Made by a program: the position numbers and the translations under genes. From Planctomycetota bacterium (lineage in GTDB: Bacteria > Planctomycetota > UBA8108 > SXIK01), in assembly GCA_965223265.1 (NCBI GenBank), contig OZ244999.1, positions 6,912,001 through 6,976,000 on the forward strand: a stretch of 64,000 bases of DNA, written 5' to 3'. Position 1 is the first letter of the stretch, and the number at the start of each line of letters is the position of its first letter. Shown piece after piece: positions 47,065 through 56,268 of this stretch. Below the pieces are notes generated by a model that did not search any database, was not told where the DNA came from, and saw only the letters and a list, made by a program, of their open reading frames with translations.

Positions 47065-49428
47065 ATGTCATCGAACAACTCCCTCCCGCTCCTGCCGGTC
47101 AAAGGCACTGTGCTCTACCCCCAGGTCGTCCAGCCAATCGCCGTGGGCCGTGAATTCTCGCTTGCCGCCGTCGATGAGGCGCTAGCGAGTGAGACGAACG
47201 AAGTTTTCGTCGTCGCCCAACGCTCACCGAAAGACGATGAGCCGTCACTCAATGACCTCTACACCATCGGAACCCGAGCGGTGATCAAACGCGCGGCAAA
47301 GCTCTCGGAGCGCCACGTGCAGCTCGTGATCGAAGGCAAGGACCGTTGTCGCTTGCTCCGCGTTGAGAGCGTTGAAAACGAAAACAAGGTGGCGGTGCTG
47401 CACGGCGTTGTCGAACCGCGACCGATTTCGCAAGACGGTGGCACGCGCGTCGAGGCGCTGTTCCTGGAAGTCAAGAAACTCGTCACGCGGCTTCTGGAGC
47501 TGACGACACCCGAGTCCGCGGAGGTCCTGAATCAACTCCGCTTGAGCCCGGAATCGCCAATTCGCTCGGCGTACGGAGTCGCATCGATGATGGGTTTGAC
47601 GCTGGAGCAAGAACAAGAACTGCTCGAAGCGTCGACGGTTACAGAGGTCCTGACGCTTGTCCATTCCCACCTAACACACGAGGTCAACGTTCACGAGCTG
47701 CGTGCAAAGATCGCCTCTGATGCGTCGAGCGAGCTCAGCCGTGCGCAGCGAGAACACATCCTTCGCGAGCAACTTCGAGCGATCCATAAGGAACTCGGAG
47801 AAGGCGACGACGGCCAATCAGAAATCGACGAGCTGCGAAAACGCTTCGACGAGCTGAAGCTACCGAAACGAGTAAGAGAGGAAGTCGACCGCGAGCTGAA
47901 GCGCTTTGAGTCGCTCCCATCGTCGTCCCCAGAACACAACGTCGTGCGCAACTACCTGGAATTCGTCTTGGACTTGCCGTGGACGCAGTCGACTCGCGCA
48001 CGCCTTGACACGGAGGCCGCGCGCAACGTGCTCGATGCGGACCACTATGGTCTCGACGAGGTCAAACAAAGGATTCTCGAACACCTCGCCGTACTGAAAC
48101 TGAATCCGAAGGCCAAAGCTCCGATTTTGTGCTTCGTCGGCCCGCCGGGTGTCGGCAAGACCTCGCTCGGACAGTCGATCGCCCGCGCGCTGCACCGTAA
48201 ATTCGAGCGCCTCAGCCTCGGCGGCCTCCACGACGAAGCGGAGCTGCGTGGCCACCGGCGCACCTACATCGGCGCCATGCCGGGCCGTATTCTGCAGGCC
48301 ATGCGGCGCGCGGCCGTAAAAAACCCGGTCATCATGCTGGACGAAGTCGACAAAGTCGGACGCGACTTCCGAGGCGACCCTGCCGCTGCTCTTCTGGAAA
48401 TCCTCGACCCTGAGCAGAACAAGGAGTTTCGCGACAACTACCTCGAACTGCCATTCGACCTTTCGAAAACTTTGTTCGTCGCCACAGCCAATTCGCTGGA
48501 AACGATTCCAGAACCTCTCCTTGATCGTCTCGAGATCACTCGGATCGCGGGGTACAGCCGCGAAGAGAAAACCGAGATCGCCAAGCGCTACCTGGTGCCG
48601 CGGCAAATCACGGAAGCGGGATTGACTGCAGAGCAGTGCACGATTCCCGACGCCACTCTACCGCTGATCATCTCCAGCTATACCCGGGAAGCGGGTGTGC
48701 GACAGCTCAACCGCGTGCTCGGAAAACTCGTGCGGCGGGTGGCTCTCAAGGTCGTTGAGGAATCGAGCCCCGATGCCCTGGAGATCGGCGCCGAAAACCT
48801 TACAGACTACCTCGGCCCAGAAAAGTTCATGAAGGAGCGCCCTCGCAAGGAGATGCTCCCGGGGGTCGCTGTCGGTCTCGCCTGGACGGCGACCGGGGGA
48901 GAAGTGCTCAACGTCGAAGCGACACTTCTGCCGGAAGGCAGTGGACTCACGCTCACCGGGCAACTGGGCGACGTCATGCGCGAGTCGGCACAGGCGGCGC
49001 GCAGCTTCGTCTGGTCGCACGCCGAGGAGCTCGGCATCAACGTGAAGCTATTCAAAGGCGCAGGCGTCCACGTCCACGTCCCGGCCGGCGCCATCCCGAA
49101 GGACGGACCGTCGGCGGGGATCACCATGGCTACGGCGCTGGCCTCCCTCTACAGCTCCCGCCCGATGCGAAGGGACACGGCGATGACTGGCGAGGTGACA
49201 TTGACTGGACTTGTTCTGCCCGTAGGAGGCATCAAGGAAAAGGTGCTCGGTGGCCAACGCGCCGGAATCAAACGGTTCATCCTGCCACGCGACAACGCCT
49301 CTGATCTCAAGGAGCTTCCCGAAGAGGTCCGAGCCGGCGTCGAATTCATTCAGGTCGAGAACATGGACGAAGTCTTGCGCGCGGCGCTTCACTCCAAACC
49401 CTGCAACGCCCGACGCGCGAGTGCGTGA
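47065..49428 (+). CDS. lon: ATP-dependent protease La (LonA)
   Basis: N-domain LPLLP, Walker A GPPGVGKTS, RRTYIGAMPGR, LLEILDPEQN, catalytic PKDGPSAG and GGIKEK. Confidence 0.97.
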   Translation: MSSNNSLPLLPVKGTVLYPQVVQPIAVGREFSLAAVDEALASETNEVFVVAQRSPKDDEPSLNDLYTIGTRAVIKRAAKLSERHVQLVIEGKDRCRLLRVESVENENKVAVLHGVVEPRPISQDGGTRVEALFLEVKKLVTRLLELTTPESAEVLNQLRLSPESPIRSAYGVASMMGLTLEQEQELLEASTVTEVLTLVHSHLTHEVNVHELRAKIASDASSELSRAQREHILREQLRAIHKELGEGDDGQSEIDELRKRFDELKLPKRVREEVDRELKRFESLPSSSPEHNVVRNYLEFVLDLPWTQSTRARLDTEAARNVLDADHYGLDEVKQRILEHLAVLKLNPKAKAPILCFVGPPGVGKTSLGQSIARALHRKFERLSLGGLHDEAELRGHRRTYIGAMPGRILQAMRRAAVKNPVIMLDEVDKVGRDFRGDPAAALLEILDPEQNKEFRDNYLELPFDLSKTLFVATANSLETIPEPLLDRLEITRIAGYSREEKTEIAKRYLVPRQITEAGLTAEQCTIPDATLPLIISSYTREAGVRQLNRVLGKLVRRVALKVVEESSPDALEIGAENLTDYLGPEKFMKERPRKEMLPGVAVGLAWTATGGEVLNVEATLLPEGSGLTLTGQLGDVMRESAQAARSFVWSHAEELGINVKLFKGAGVHVHVPAGAIPKDGPSAGITMATALASLYSSRPMRRDTAMTGEVTLTGLVLPVGGIKEKVLGGQRAGIKRFILPRDNASDLKELPEEVRAGVEFIQVENMDEVLRAALHSKPCNARRASA

Positions 49429-49461
49429 TGCGCGCGGAGCGGATCGACAGCTGAGAGGGGA

Positions 49462-49745
49462 GTAGGCTCACGGCTGTGGGCGTGTGCGTGGGCGTGGGCG
49501 TGGGCGTGGGGCCTCTTCAACGTAGCAGGCACACGCCGTGTGCCGTTCTGGACGTGACCGTCGGCCGTGACTGTGACCGCGCGCCACGACCGCTCGTTCT
49601 CAAAAACTCACAGCCTCTCCGTGTGCTGTCCGGCCTTGCCGGCGTGGCGTAGGCGGCCCGTCTCCGTCTCTGGATCCGTATCTGCTTCTGGTGCTGCCTC
49701 TGCCTCTGCTTCTGAATCTGCTTCTGAATCTGTGTCTGTATCCGC
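49462..49745 (+). repeat. Composite intergenic repeat: GCGTGG hexamers, GTAG-type REP hairpin and pyrimidine-rich module
   Basis: GTAGCA-GGCACAC-GCC-GTGTGCC at 49522-49544; 49653-49700 matches the reverse complement of 63398-63445 at 47 of 48 positions. Confidence 0.85.
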
Positions 49746-49864
49746 AACCCCTTGCGTTCCGATCAGGCAACGCCCGTGAGCGTAAACGATCGCGTCGGCG
49801 TGGGCGTACCCGTACTCCCCTCTATACTCTGTGCGTCTCCGACTCTACCCGCCCCTCGAACCCT

Positions 49865-52147
49865 TCAGGGTTCCCCGAGCGCCGCCTCTAGGAAAGCGAT
49901 CCTTTGGCTGACGTACTGCCGAAGCGCCGCATACGTGCTGCGAATGTTCCCGCGACGCACATCACGAGGTTCGCCGATGAACTGCTCTTGAAGGTCGAGG
50001 TCAGCCAGTAAGAGATCTTCGATCACGCGAATCCGCTCCTCCATAGCGTCGACCGTAAAGAGTCCGCCGGGTGCGATCAACTCTCGCAAGAGATTTCGAT
50101 ATGCCGCGTCGAGATCGGGCTGCGAATGATACGGACGAGAGATCGGTCCTGGCTCACGGCTGCCCCCGAAGATCCCGCCGTCGAGTGGCTGTCCGTCGAG
50201 CGGCCAGGTCAGAGGCAAGTCGACGACGCTGGTTTGAAAAACCTGATCGAGGTCCCAAGGAATCAAGGCGAACTTGTCGCCGTCCGGTGCGTGCTCGTAG
50301 ACGTACATGTTGTTGTGAAAGCCATCCCAGTTGCCGATCAGAATACCGATCGCGGAGTAGAGACCGACGCTTTCAAGGTTGAAGTGTTCGAAGACGAGCG
50401 CCCGCCGCTCCTCTTCGCTACCAGAGCGCAAGTTCCGAATGACGAGAAAGAAGTCTGCCAAACCTGTCTCGAGATTCGTTCGCTTTGCGAAGTCACTTTT
50501 GTCCAGCTTGTAGAGATCGCCCTCCTCATTAAAGCCATTCATGGCGAGAAAACGCTCGTTGACCTGCTGGATAACGAGAGACTGCGTGTGGCGACTCGCT
50601 TCGGATGCACCGAAGTCGATGAGCCTAAAGAACTCGGTGCGTGGTGATGGAACGCCCAATTCACGGAAGACACGCATACCGAGCTCCTCCATGTGCGTCG
50701 CAGCGACCCCAGATCCTCCGCCACCGAGCTCGGGAATGATGTTGATCGTGCGATCGCCTCTGTACTCGCGCCCCTTGAGGAACTTCAACTTTTGCCCGTT
50801 CGTGATCGTACGGATCCGTGACTGAGCGCGCGGAAACGCTAGTGCCGTGCGACTACCGACGTCGAGCGCCGCCGCGCCGCTGGCATCCGCTCGCGATCCC
50901 TCACCGACGAGCGCAGTCTCTCGACGAGGAAACATCCAGAGGAGCGGCAACTCGTGTGGAATGTCATAGTCAAAGACGAAAAAGCCAAAGAAGGGAGAAG
51001 GCTCACCAACCGCAGGCAGTAGCGTTGACGTTCCCGTCGCCAGCATGATCTGGAAGTTGTAGACCACCAGCGTCTGAGAAGGTTGCGGCGGCACTATCGC
51101 CGACAGCACCGTGCGCTCGGGGCTCTCTGAGTCGATGGACGCTCGCATCTCGATGCTCGCCATGGGCGAGACCTCGGCTTGGACACCCTCCCACCGCAAG
51201 ATACCGAGGGTCAGATCGCGGAGCGGAATATCGATCGTCAATTCGACCGTAACAGCATCCGCCGAGGTCGGTGCCGCAGGCGTCGCCCGCTGAGAGACAA
51301 TCAGCGGATAGAGCGGCGTCCCTCTCGTGGAGTTCACCTCGCCGGGGGTCGTTCGATGCAGCGTCGAGGCGCGCCAGTTGTGGGGATCGTCCGCTGCGGC
51401 CAGAGGCTCGAGCCGTTCAAGACTCGAGCCGTATCCATCGGCGCCGAGTGGCCACGGCGCCCGATCGTCGTACGCAACGCTCTCCGCGACGCACTCGTCG
51501 TTGGTAAGCGTCAGTCGCTCACCGCTGTCTCGCAACCCACCGTCATAGGGACCGAGAACAGGAACCGGGGAACGCCGCAAACGGCGAGGGTCGCGCGCCA
51601 CAACGATGCGTTCGCCTGGAGGTAGCAGCGTGCCCTCCGGGAAGGCGAAGGCAATGCCGTTCGTGAATCGATAGGTGCTGAGATCGAGTCCCCATGGTGT
51701 CCGGTTGAGGAGCTCAACGAACTCAGCGAGATCGTTCGTCGCGTCATTGTAGTGAATCTCGCTGATGACGACGGCGGGGCTGACGCTCGGGCTATCCCCG
51801 CAATCAAGACTGTCGCACGTCGGATCCGGTCCTGAAGTCGCAGCCGATGGCGCCGGGATCGCCCCACCACCAAATAAGAACTCGAGGATCGTGGTGGCGT
51901 CCGCGAGATTCAGTTCACCGTCGTCATCGGCATCAGCCGCGTCGAGGCAGGCGAAGTCCCCGCCCGAGCGAAACTGGACCATGAGATGGAATATCGCATC
52001 TGAGATGTTGACCGCGTTGTCACGGTTGACGTCGCCGCGGCGGAAATCTGCGCGCACCTCAGCGCGTGTCCAAAAGATGGAAACCACAACGCACGCGAAG
52101 GCAAGAGTCTTAGCAAGACGGCAAGAGTACGACTTGGCGACAGACAT
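49865..52147 (-). CDS. Secreted dockerin-like + lamin-tail domain + CotH kinase protein (paralog of 43772-46015)
   Basis: FRRGDVNRDN...CLDAADADDDG...DPTCDSLDC; VVISEIHYN; KFLKGREYRGDRTINII; NWDGFHNNMYVY...LIPWDLD. Start uncertain. Confidence 0.85.
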   Translation of the reverse strand: MSVAKSYSCRLAKTLAFACVVVSIFWTRAEVRADFRRGDVNRDNAVNISDAIFHLMVQFRSGGDFACLDAADADDDGELNLADATTILEFLFGGGAIPAPSAATSGPDPTCDSLDCGDSPSVSPAVVISEIHYNDATNDLAEFVELLNRTPWGLDLSTYRFTNGIAFAFPEGTLLPPGERIVVARDPRRLRRSPVPVLGPYDGGLRDSGERLTLTNDECVAESVAYDDRAPWPLGADGYGSSLERLEPLAAADDPHNWRASTLHRTTPGEVNSTRGTPLYPLIVSQRATPAAPTSADAVTVELTIDIPLRDLTLGILRWEGVQAEVSPMASIEMRASIDSESPERTVLSAIVPPQPSQTLVVYNFQIMLATGTSTLLPAVGEPSPFFGFFVFDYDIPHELPLLWMFPRRETALVGEGSRADASGAAALDVGSRTALAFPRAQSRIRTITNGQKLKFLKGREYRGDRTINIIPELGGGGSGVAATHMEELGMRVFRELGVPSPRTEFFRLIDFGASEASRHTQSLVIQQVNERFLAMNGFNEEGDLYKLDKSDFAKRTNLETGLADFFLVIRNLRSGSEEERRALVFEHFNLESVGLYSAIGILIGNWDGFHNNMYVYEHAPDGDKFALIPWDLDQVFQTSVVDLPLTWPLDGQPLDGGIFGGSREPGPISRPYHSQPDLDAAYRNLLRELIAPGGLFTVDAMEERIRVIEDLLLADLDLQEQFIGEPRDVRRGNIRSTYAALRQYVSQRIAFLEAALGEP

Positions 52148-52297
52148 TGAGGCAGCGTCCAGGTGTGAGCGACGTCGACGAACGACTGAACCCCGAGTGT
52201 AAACGTCAAGGGTCGTGCCGTCGAGCACTGCGCACCTTTGCTCCTCCCGCCGCCTGCCCGCAGACTCGCGATGTGGGAAGCCGCTGAGGCGCCCGAC

Positions 52298-52882
52298 TCA
52301 TGCCGGTGAGGCGGCCTCTTCCCGTTCTTTCTTTTGCTCCTCTGCCTCGCTGCTCGAGTTCGCTTCGCTGCCCGCGTCAGCGTTTGAGGCTTCGTCTGTG
52401 CCTGACGCCGCGGAGGTATCGCCCGCAGCCTTGGAGGGAAGTCCCTCCTGGCTTGCCGCAGATCCGAGCGGTTCTGTGGCGAAGCTAGGCAGATGCTTGC
52501 GCCAGTAAGTCGTGGCCGAAATGTAAGCGAGTGCGATCGAACCGCCGATCGTCAAAAAAGCAGCGAGCGAAGTGATGATCTCGAACAGATACCCAACGAC
52601 GGGTACGAGACTAGCGATCGCAACGCTGCGACGATCGATATGCAGGGGCAAGAACTGCTTGCCCATGATACGCAGGTTGACAAGGACTGCGACGGTCAGC
52701 GCACCAAAGAACGACAAGGTCTGGAACCAGTCGCTGAAGAGTCCGAACGCGTTCGTTCCACCGGACACCCAATGAATCACCCAACCGGCGATGACAAAGA
52801 CGGAGATCGGGGCCAGGACCTTGTCGATCACCGAAAGCCCACGAAAGTTGCTCTTGATCTCTTGCAGCTGTTGATCAGACAT
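52298..52882 (-). CDS. Hypothetical membrane protein (about 4 TM) with low-complexity acidic tail
   Basis: AGGAG RBS, hydrophobic segments, S/A/E-rich C-terminus. Confidence 0.7.
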   Translation of the reverse strand: MSDQQLQEIKSNFRGLSVIDKVLAPISVFVIAGWVIHWVSGGTNAFGLFSDWFQTLSFFGALTVAVLVNLRIMGKQFLPLHIDRRSVAIASLVPVVGYLFEIITSLAAFLTIGGSIALAYISATTYWRKHLPSFATEPLGSAASQEGLPSKAAGDTSAASGTDEASNADAGSEANSSSEAEEQKKEREEAASPA

Positions 52883-53394
52883 GGACTAACTCCTGAACTT
52901 CGGCCGGCCGGTCAGCACGACGAGGTCAGCTCGCATGCGGATCCCGGCTCCATGACTCTGTGATGATCGACGCGAAAGGCTGCAGGACTTGCGGCGACCC
53001 ACCGCTCTAGCATCGCACGCCAGCGTTCGAGTCTGCGCGCAATACGCGCTCGAACAGGCTGACCTACATTCCTGCGCATTCGCCCTGCCCATCTATCGGA
53101 GCAAGAAGCCACGACGCTGCAGCGGTTTCAACGCCACGCGCTGCGGATCAAAACGACCGGTAAGCTGAAGTCCTTCTCAGCAAACTGTTGAGTGCGCAGA
53201 ATTCCCCCAGTGCCTTAAAAAAATGGCAAGGAGCACGGCGAACAGTGGGTCAGCCGCGTCGTTTCCAGACGCGGCTTCACGCGGAGCGCCACAGGTGAAC
53301 ACCGCCGACGCGGCTCAAACGTCGCTCACCTCGGACCTCTGCGGCGAGCCGCGAAGGCGCATTGCTGCCTTCGGCTCTTGTAGAGCGTAGGGGA

Positions 53395-54711
53395 CTACTC
53401 CCTCGCGGCGACGCTGGCGCAGACGAGCTCTTCGTCACTGCGCGCGAACACGTGCTTCTGTGCAAACGCGATCGACGACCAACAGACGCCGTTCCTACGA
53501 CTCGGGAGCTGTCGTTTGGTCGGCTTGATCAGCTTAGTCCGAGAAAGTTCCTCATGCCCCTCAGGCGAGAACCGGGCAATGACCAACTCCCCAAGCTCCG
53601 TGAAAAGCCAGACCACGTCGCCATTCGGATAAAACCTCATCGTGCTCCAGCGGTCGCGCGGAATCAGCTCACCCACGCTTTCCCAAACTCTCTCGCCAGT
53701 CGCCAGCGACAGGCATCGCACTTCCCCATAGCTGTCGACGCCGTAGATATGATCACCCTGGATGAGCGGCTCAGCGACATTTGTATGTATCGCATCCGTC
53801 TTCTTGTCCGACTCTCCAACTCGCCGCCACACTTCCTCGGCGACGAGGCGATCCCGGGGCACCCGCAGTACGAAGGCGCCGTCGAAAAAGCTGCTGCAGA
53901 GGAGATACTCTCCGGACCAGACTGGGGATGCGCAGTTGCGAACAAATCGCTTCGGCGGCGCGGCGTACTCCCAGAAGAGCTTGCCGTCGGCCGGGTTCAT
54001 GCCGACCACGCGGCTTCCGGTCCAGCAGACGAGCACCTTGCGTCCGGCTTGCTCGATCAGCAAGGGCGAGGAGTACGATGGTGGATCGTCGAGCGCGCGC
54101 CAGCTTTCCTTGCCAGTGACGCGATCGAAGGCAACGAGGTTGGCGCCATCCGCCCCTCCGATCTGAACAATCACAAAGTCCTCGTAGATAAGCGGTGAAC
54201 AAGTGATGCCCCAGGAAGGCATCTTGATCTTGTACTCTTCAAGCAGACGCTTCTGCCACAGCACTTCCCCGAGCTCAGCGTCAAAGCAAATAAAGTTCGC
54301 CATCGTTCCGAGTGAGTAGGCGCGACCGTCGAAAACCGTCACCGAGCTTCTCGGGCCCGCATCATAGCTGACGTCGACGTACGGGCAGTTGTAGTTGTAG
54401 CGCCACACGAGCTCTCCGTCTTCGGCACGGAAACAGTGAACTCTCTCGATCTGCTCGCGCCCATCGACGACGCGGTCGGTCACGTACACGCGCCCATCGG
54501 CCACCGTGGGTCCACCATAACCGCTAGAGATCGGCACCGACCACTTCACCTCAAGCTGACCCTCGGGTAGCGACTCAAGAACACCCGATTCACGCCAGAC
54601 ACCATCCCGCTGCGGCCCGCGCCACTGCGGCCAGTCATCCGCGACGATCTGGCGGGGTAAAAAAGAGGTGGAAGCGAGGAACAGAACGGTCGCACAAAGA
54701 ACGCGGCTCAT
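53395..54711 (-). CDS. PQQ-binding-like beta-propeller repeat protein (planctomycete type)
   Basis: Signal peptide then DWPQWRGPQRDG; repeated GxxxW blades; SYSSP; C-terminal VFARSDEELVC. Confidence 0.9.
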   Translation of the reverse strand: MSRVLCATVLFLASTSFLPRQIVADDWPQWRGPQRDGVWRESGVLESLPEGQLEVKWSVPISSGYGGPTVADGRVYVTDRVVDGREQIERVHCFRAEDGELVWRYNYNCPYVDVSYDAGPRSSVTVFDGRAYSLGTMANFICFDAELGEVLWQKRLLEEYKIKMPSWGITCSPLIYEDFVIVQIGGADGANLVAFDRVTGKESWRALDDPPSYSSPLLIEQAGRKVLVCWTGSRVVGMNPADGKLFWEYAAPPKRFVRNCASPVWSGEYLLCSSFFDGAFVLRVPRDRLVAEEVWRRVGESDKKTDAIHTNVAEPLIQGDHIYGVDSYGEVRCLSLATGERVWESVGELIPRDRWSTMRFYPNGDVVWLFTELGELVIARFSPEGHEELSRTKLIKPTKRQLPSRRNGVCWSSIAFAQKHVFARSDEELVCASVAARE

Positions 54712-55067
54712 AGCAGGAATCTCCGCAGTGGTGATTTCGGTAACGTCGGCGATTTCGGCGGGTGCTGTGGTGGGGAGTGGGCGGTCCTGTAGGCAGCGCC
54801 AAGACGAATCGGAGCGCGTTGCGTGCCGCAAAAAGCAGAGCGGTGCGGGCGATTTCCGAATCCTAGCGGCCGTCTTACAGGCCAGATGATGTCGTCCGAA
54901 TAGTTTTTCAAGAGGGCGGTTAGGCGTCAGGCAGTATACAGTGTAATGGTTGCGGATGACGAGAGGGCGGCGATACCCTAACTTGCGAAAACGATCGGCG
55001 CCCCGAACGTCGCGCGTCTCATCACAAACTCGTCGGAAAGCAGAACAAGCAGCAGAGGGAGGACACC

Positions 55068-56030
55068 ATGATCAAGTCAGCGAGAGGACTTTTAGTCCTT
55101 GGCTTTCTCGCCATCTCCGCAGCGGGGGATCGCACGCATGCAGAAGATCAAAAGACGTACGCCGAGAGACTTGGCTGGAAGGCAGGCGATCGTGTTCTCG
55201 TCGTGCATGTCGATGACGTCGGAATGTCGCACGACTCGAATCTCGGAACCTTCGAAGCACTGGAGAAGGGAGCCGCGAATTCTGTCAGCGTCATGATGCC
55301 GTGTCCGTGGGTTCCGGAAGCGGTGCGCTACATTAAGAAAAATCCAGAACTTGACGCCGGACTTCATCTCACGCTCACGTCGGAGTGGGATCTCTACCGG
55401 TGGGGTCCTCTCGCGGGAAAGCCAACGGTTCCAGGCCTTACCGACAAAGAAGGTTGCCTTTGGGACAAAGCCCACCAAGTCGTCGAAAACGCCACCCCGG
55501 ATGAAGTCGAAAAGGAAATCAGAGCCCAGATCGATCGCGCGCGTACGATGGGTTTCGAACCGACGCACCTGGATTCACATATGGGAGTACTGTTTCGCTC
55601 ACCCGAATTCTTGGAACGCTACATCCGCGTCGGCATCGAGATGCAGATTCCGATTCTCTTTGTCGGCAACCGGCACGGCTTCGGCGAGCGCGTCTGGAAC
55701 GGCGGCCTACCCGTGTTCGATCACATCCACACCGACAGCTACGCCTGGAAGTCGCGCCACAAGGTGGACAAGTTCGTCGACGCCGTCCGGAACCTCAAAC
55801 CCGGTCTGACGATGATGCTCGTTCACTGCACACGGCCCACCGAGGTGTTCCCAAAGATCTCGAGCTCGGGCGAGCTACGGCTGGGAGATCTGCTTGCCGT
55901 TACGGATCCGGCTTTCAAGAAGGCTATAGAGGACGAAAAGATCATCCTCACGACCTATCGAGAGCTCAAGAAGCGCCGTGACGCAGTCGGTCGCGCTGAG
56001 GCGAGCAAGGCTCAGGCTGGAACTGACTAG
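55068..56030 (+). CDS. YdjC/ChbG-family carbohydrate deacetylase, secreted
   Basis: HVDDVGMSH, GLHLTLTSEW, PTHLDSHMG; GGAGG RBS. Confidence 0.9.
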   Translation: MIKSARGLLVLGFLAISAAGDRTHAEDQKTYAERLGWKAGDRVLVVHVDDVGMSHDSNLGTFEALEKGAANSVSVMMPCPWVPEAVRYIKKNPELDAGLHLTLTSEWDLYRWGPLAGKPTVPGLTDKEGCLWDKAHQVVENATPDEVEKEIRAQIDRARTMGFEPTHLDSHMGVLFRSPEFLERYIRVGIEMQIPILFVGNRHGFGERVWNGGLPVFDHIHTDSYAWKSRHKVDKFVDAVRNLKPGLTMMLVHCTRPTEVFPKISSSGELRLGDLLAVTDPAFKKAIEDEKIILTTYRELKKRRDAVGRAEASKAQAGTD

Positions 56031-56198
56031 ACGTTGATTCAGAAAGCCTCGATGCGCCAATCATTAGATCGGTTCCAAGTTTCCAGATTCTGGACAGGAA
56101 GAATAAGGCTCGGAAGGAAGAAACTCGCCCACTTTGGCACCCTGGCCGGCTGACGACAACGCACAGCGTGGAAAGAGATTATGCCGGTGACGCAATGG

Positions 56199-56215
56199 CC
56201 GGCTCAAAACTTGCT
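56199..56215 (+). promoter_or_regulatory. Possible sigma54-type promoter
   Basis: CCGGCTCAAAACTTGCT has GG-N10-GC with TTGC, about 55 bp before the lipoprotein gene. Confidence 0.3.
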
Positions 56216-56268
56216 GCTCCATAAGGTGCCGATCTGTTGTTCTTTCTTCATTCCTTTCGAGATGAACC

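Noticed and set aside
46052-49428. Anti-phage defence module (VWA + Lon, BREX-like)
   Set aside because: The Lon is a canonical full-length LonA, the VWA protein has a signal peptide and is divergently transcribed, and no other defence genes are present.
52883-53394. Possible ncRNA or small gene in a 500-bp intergenic gap
   Set aside because: No recognisable RNA motif, RBS-led ORF or strong structure could be supported by eye.
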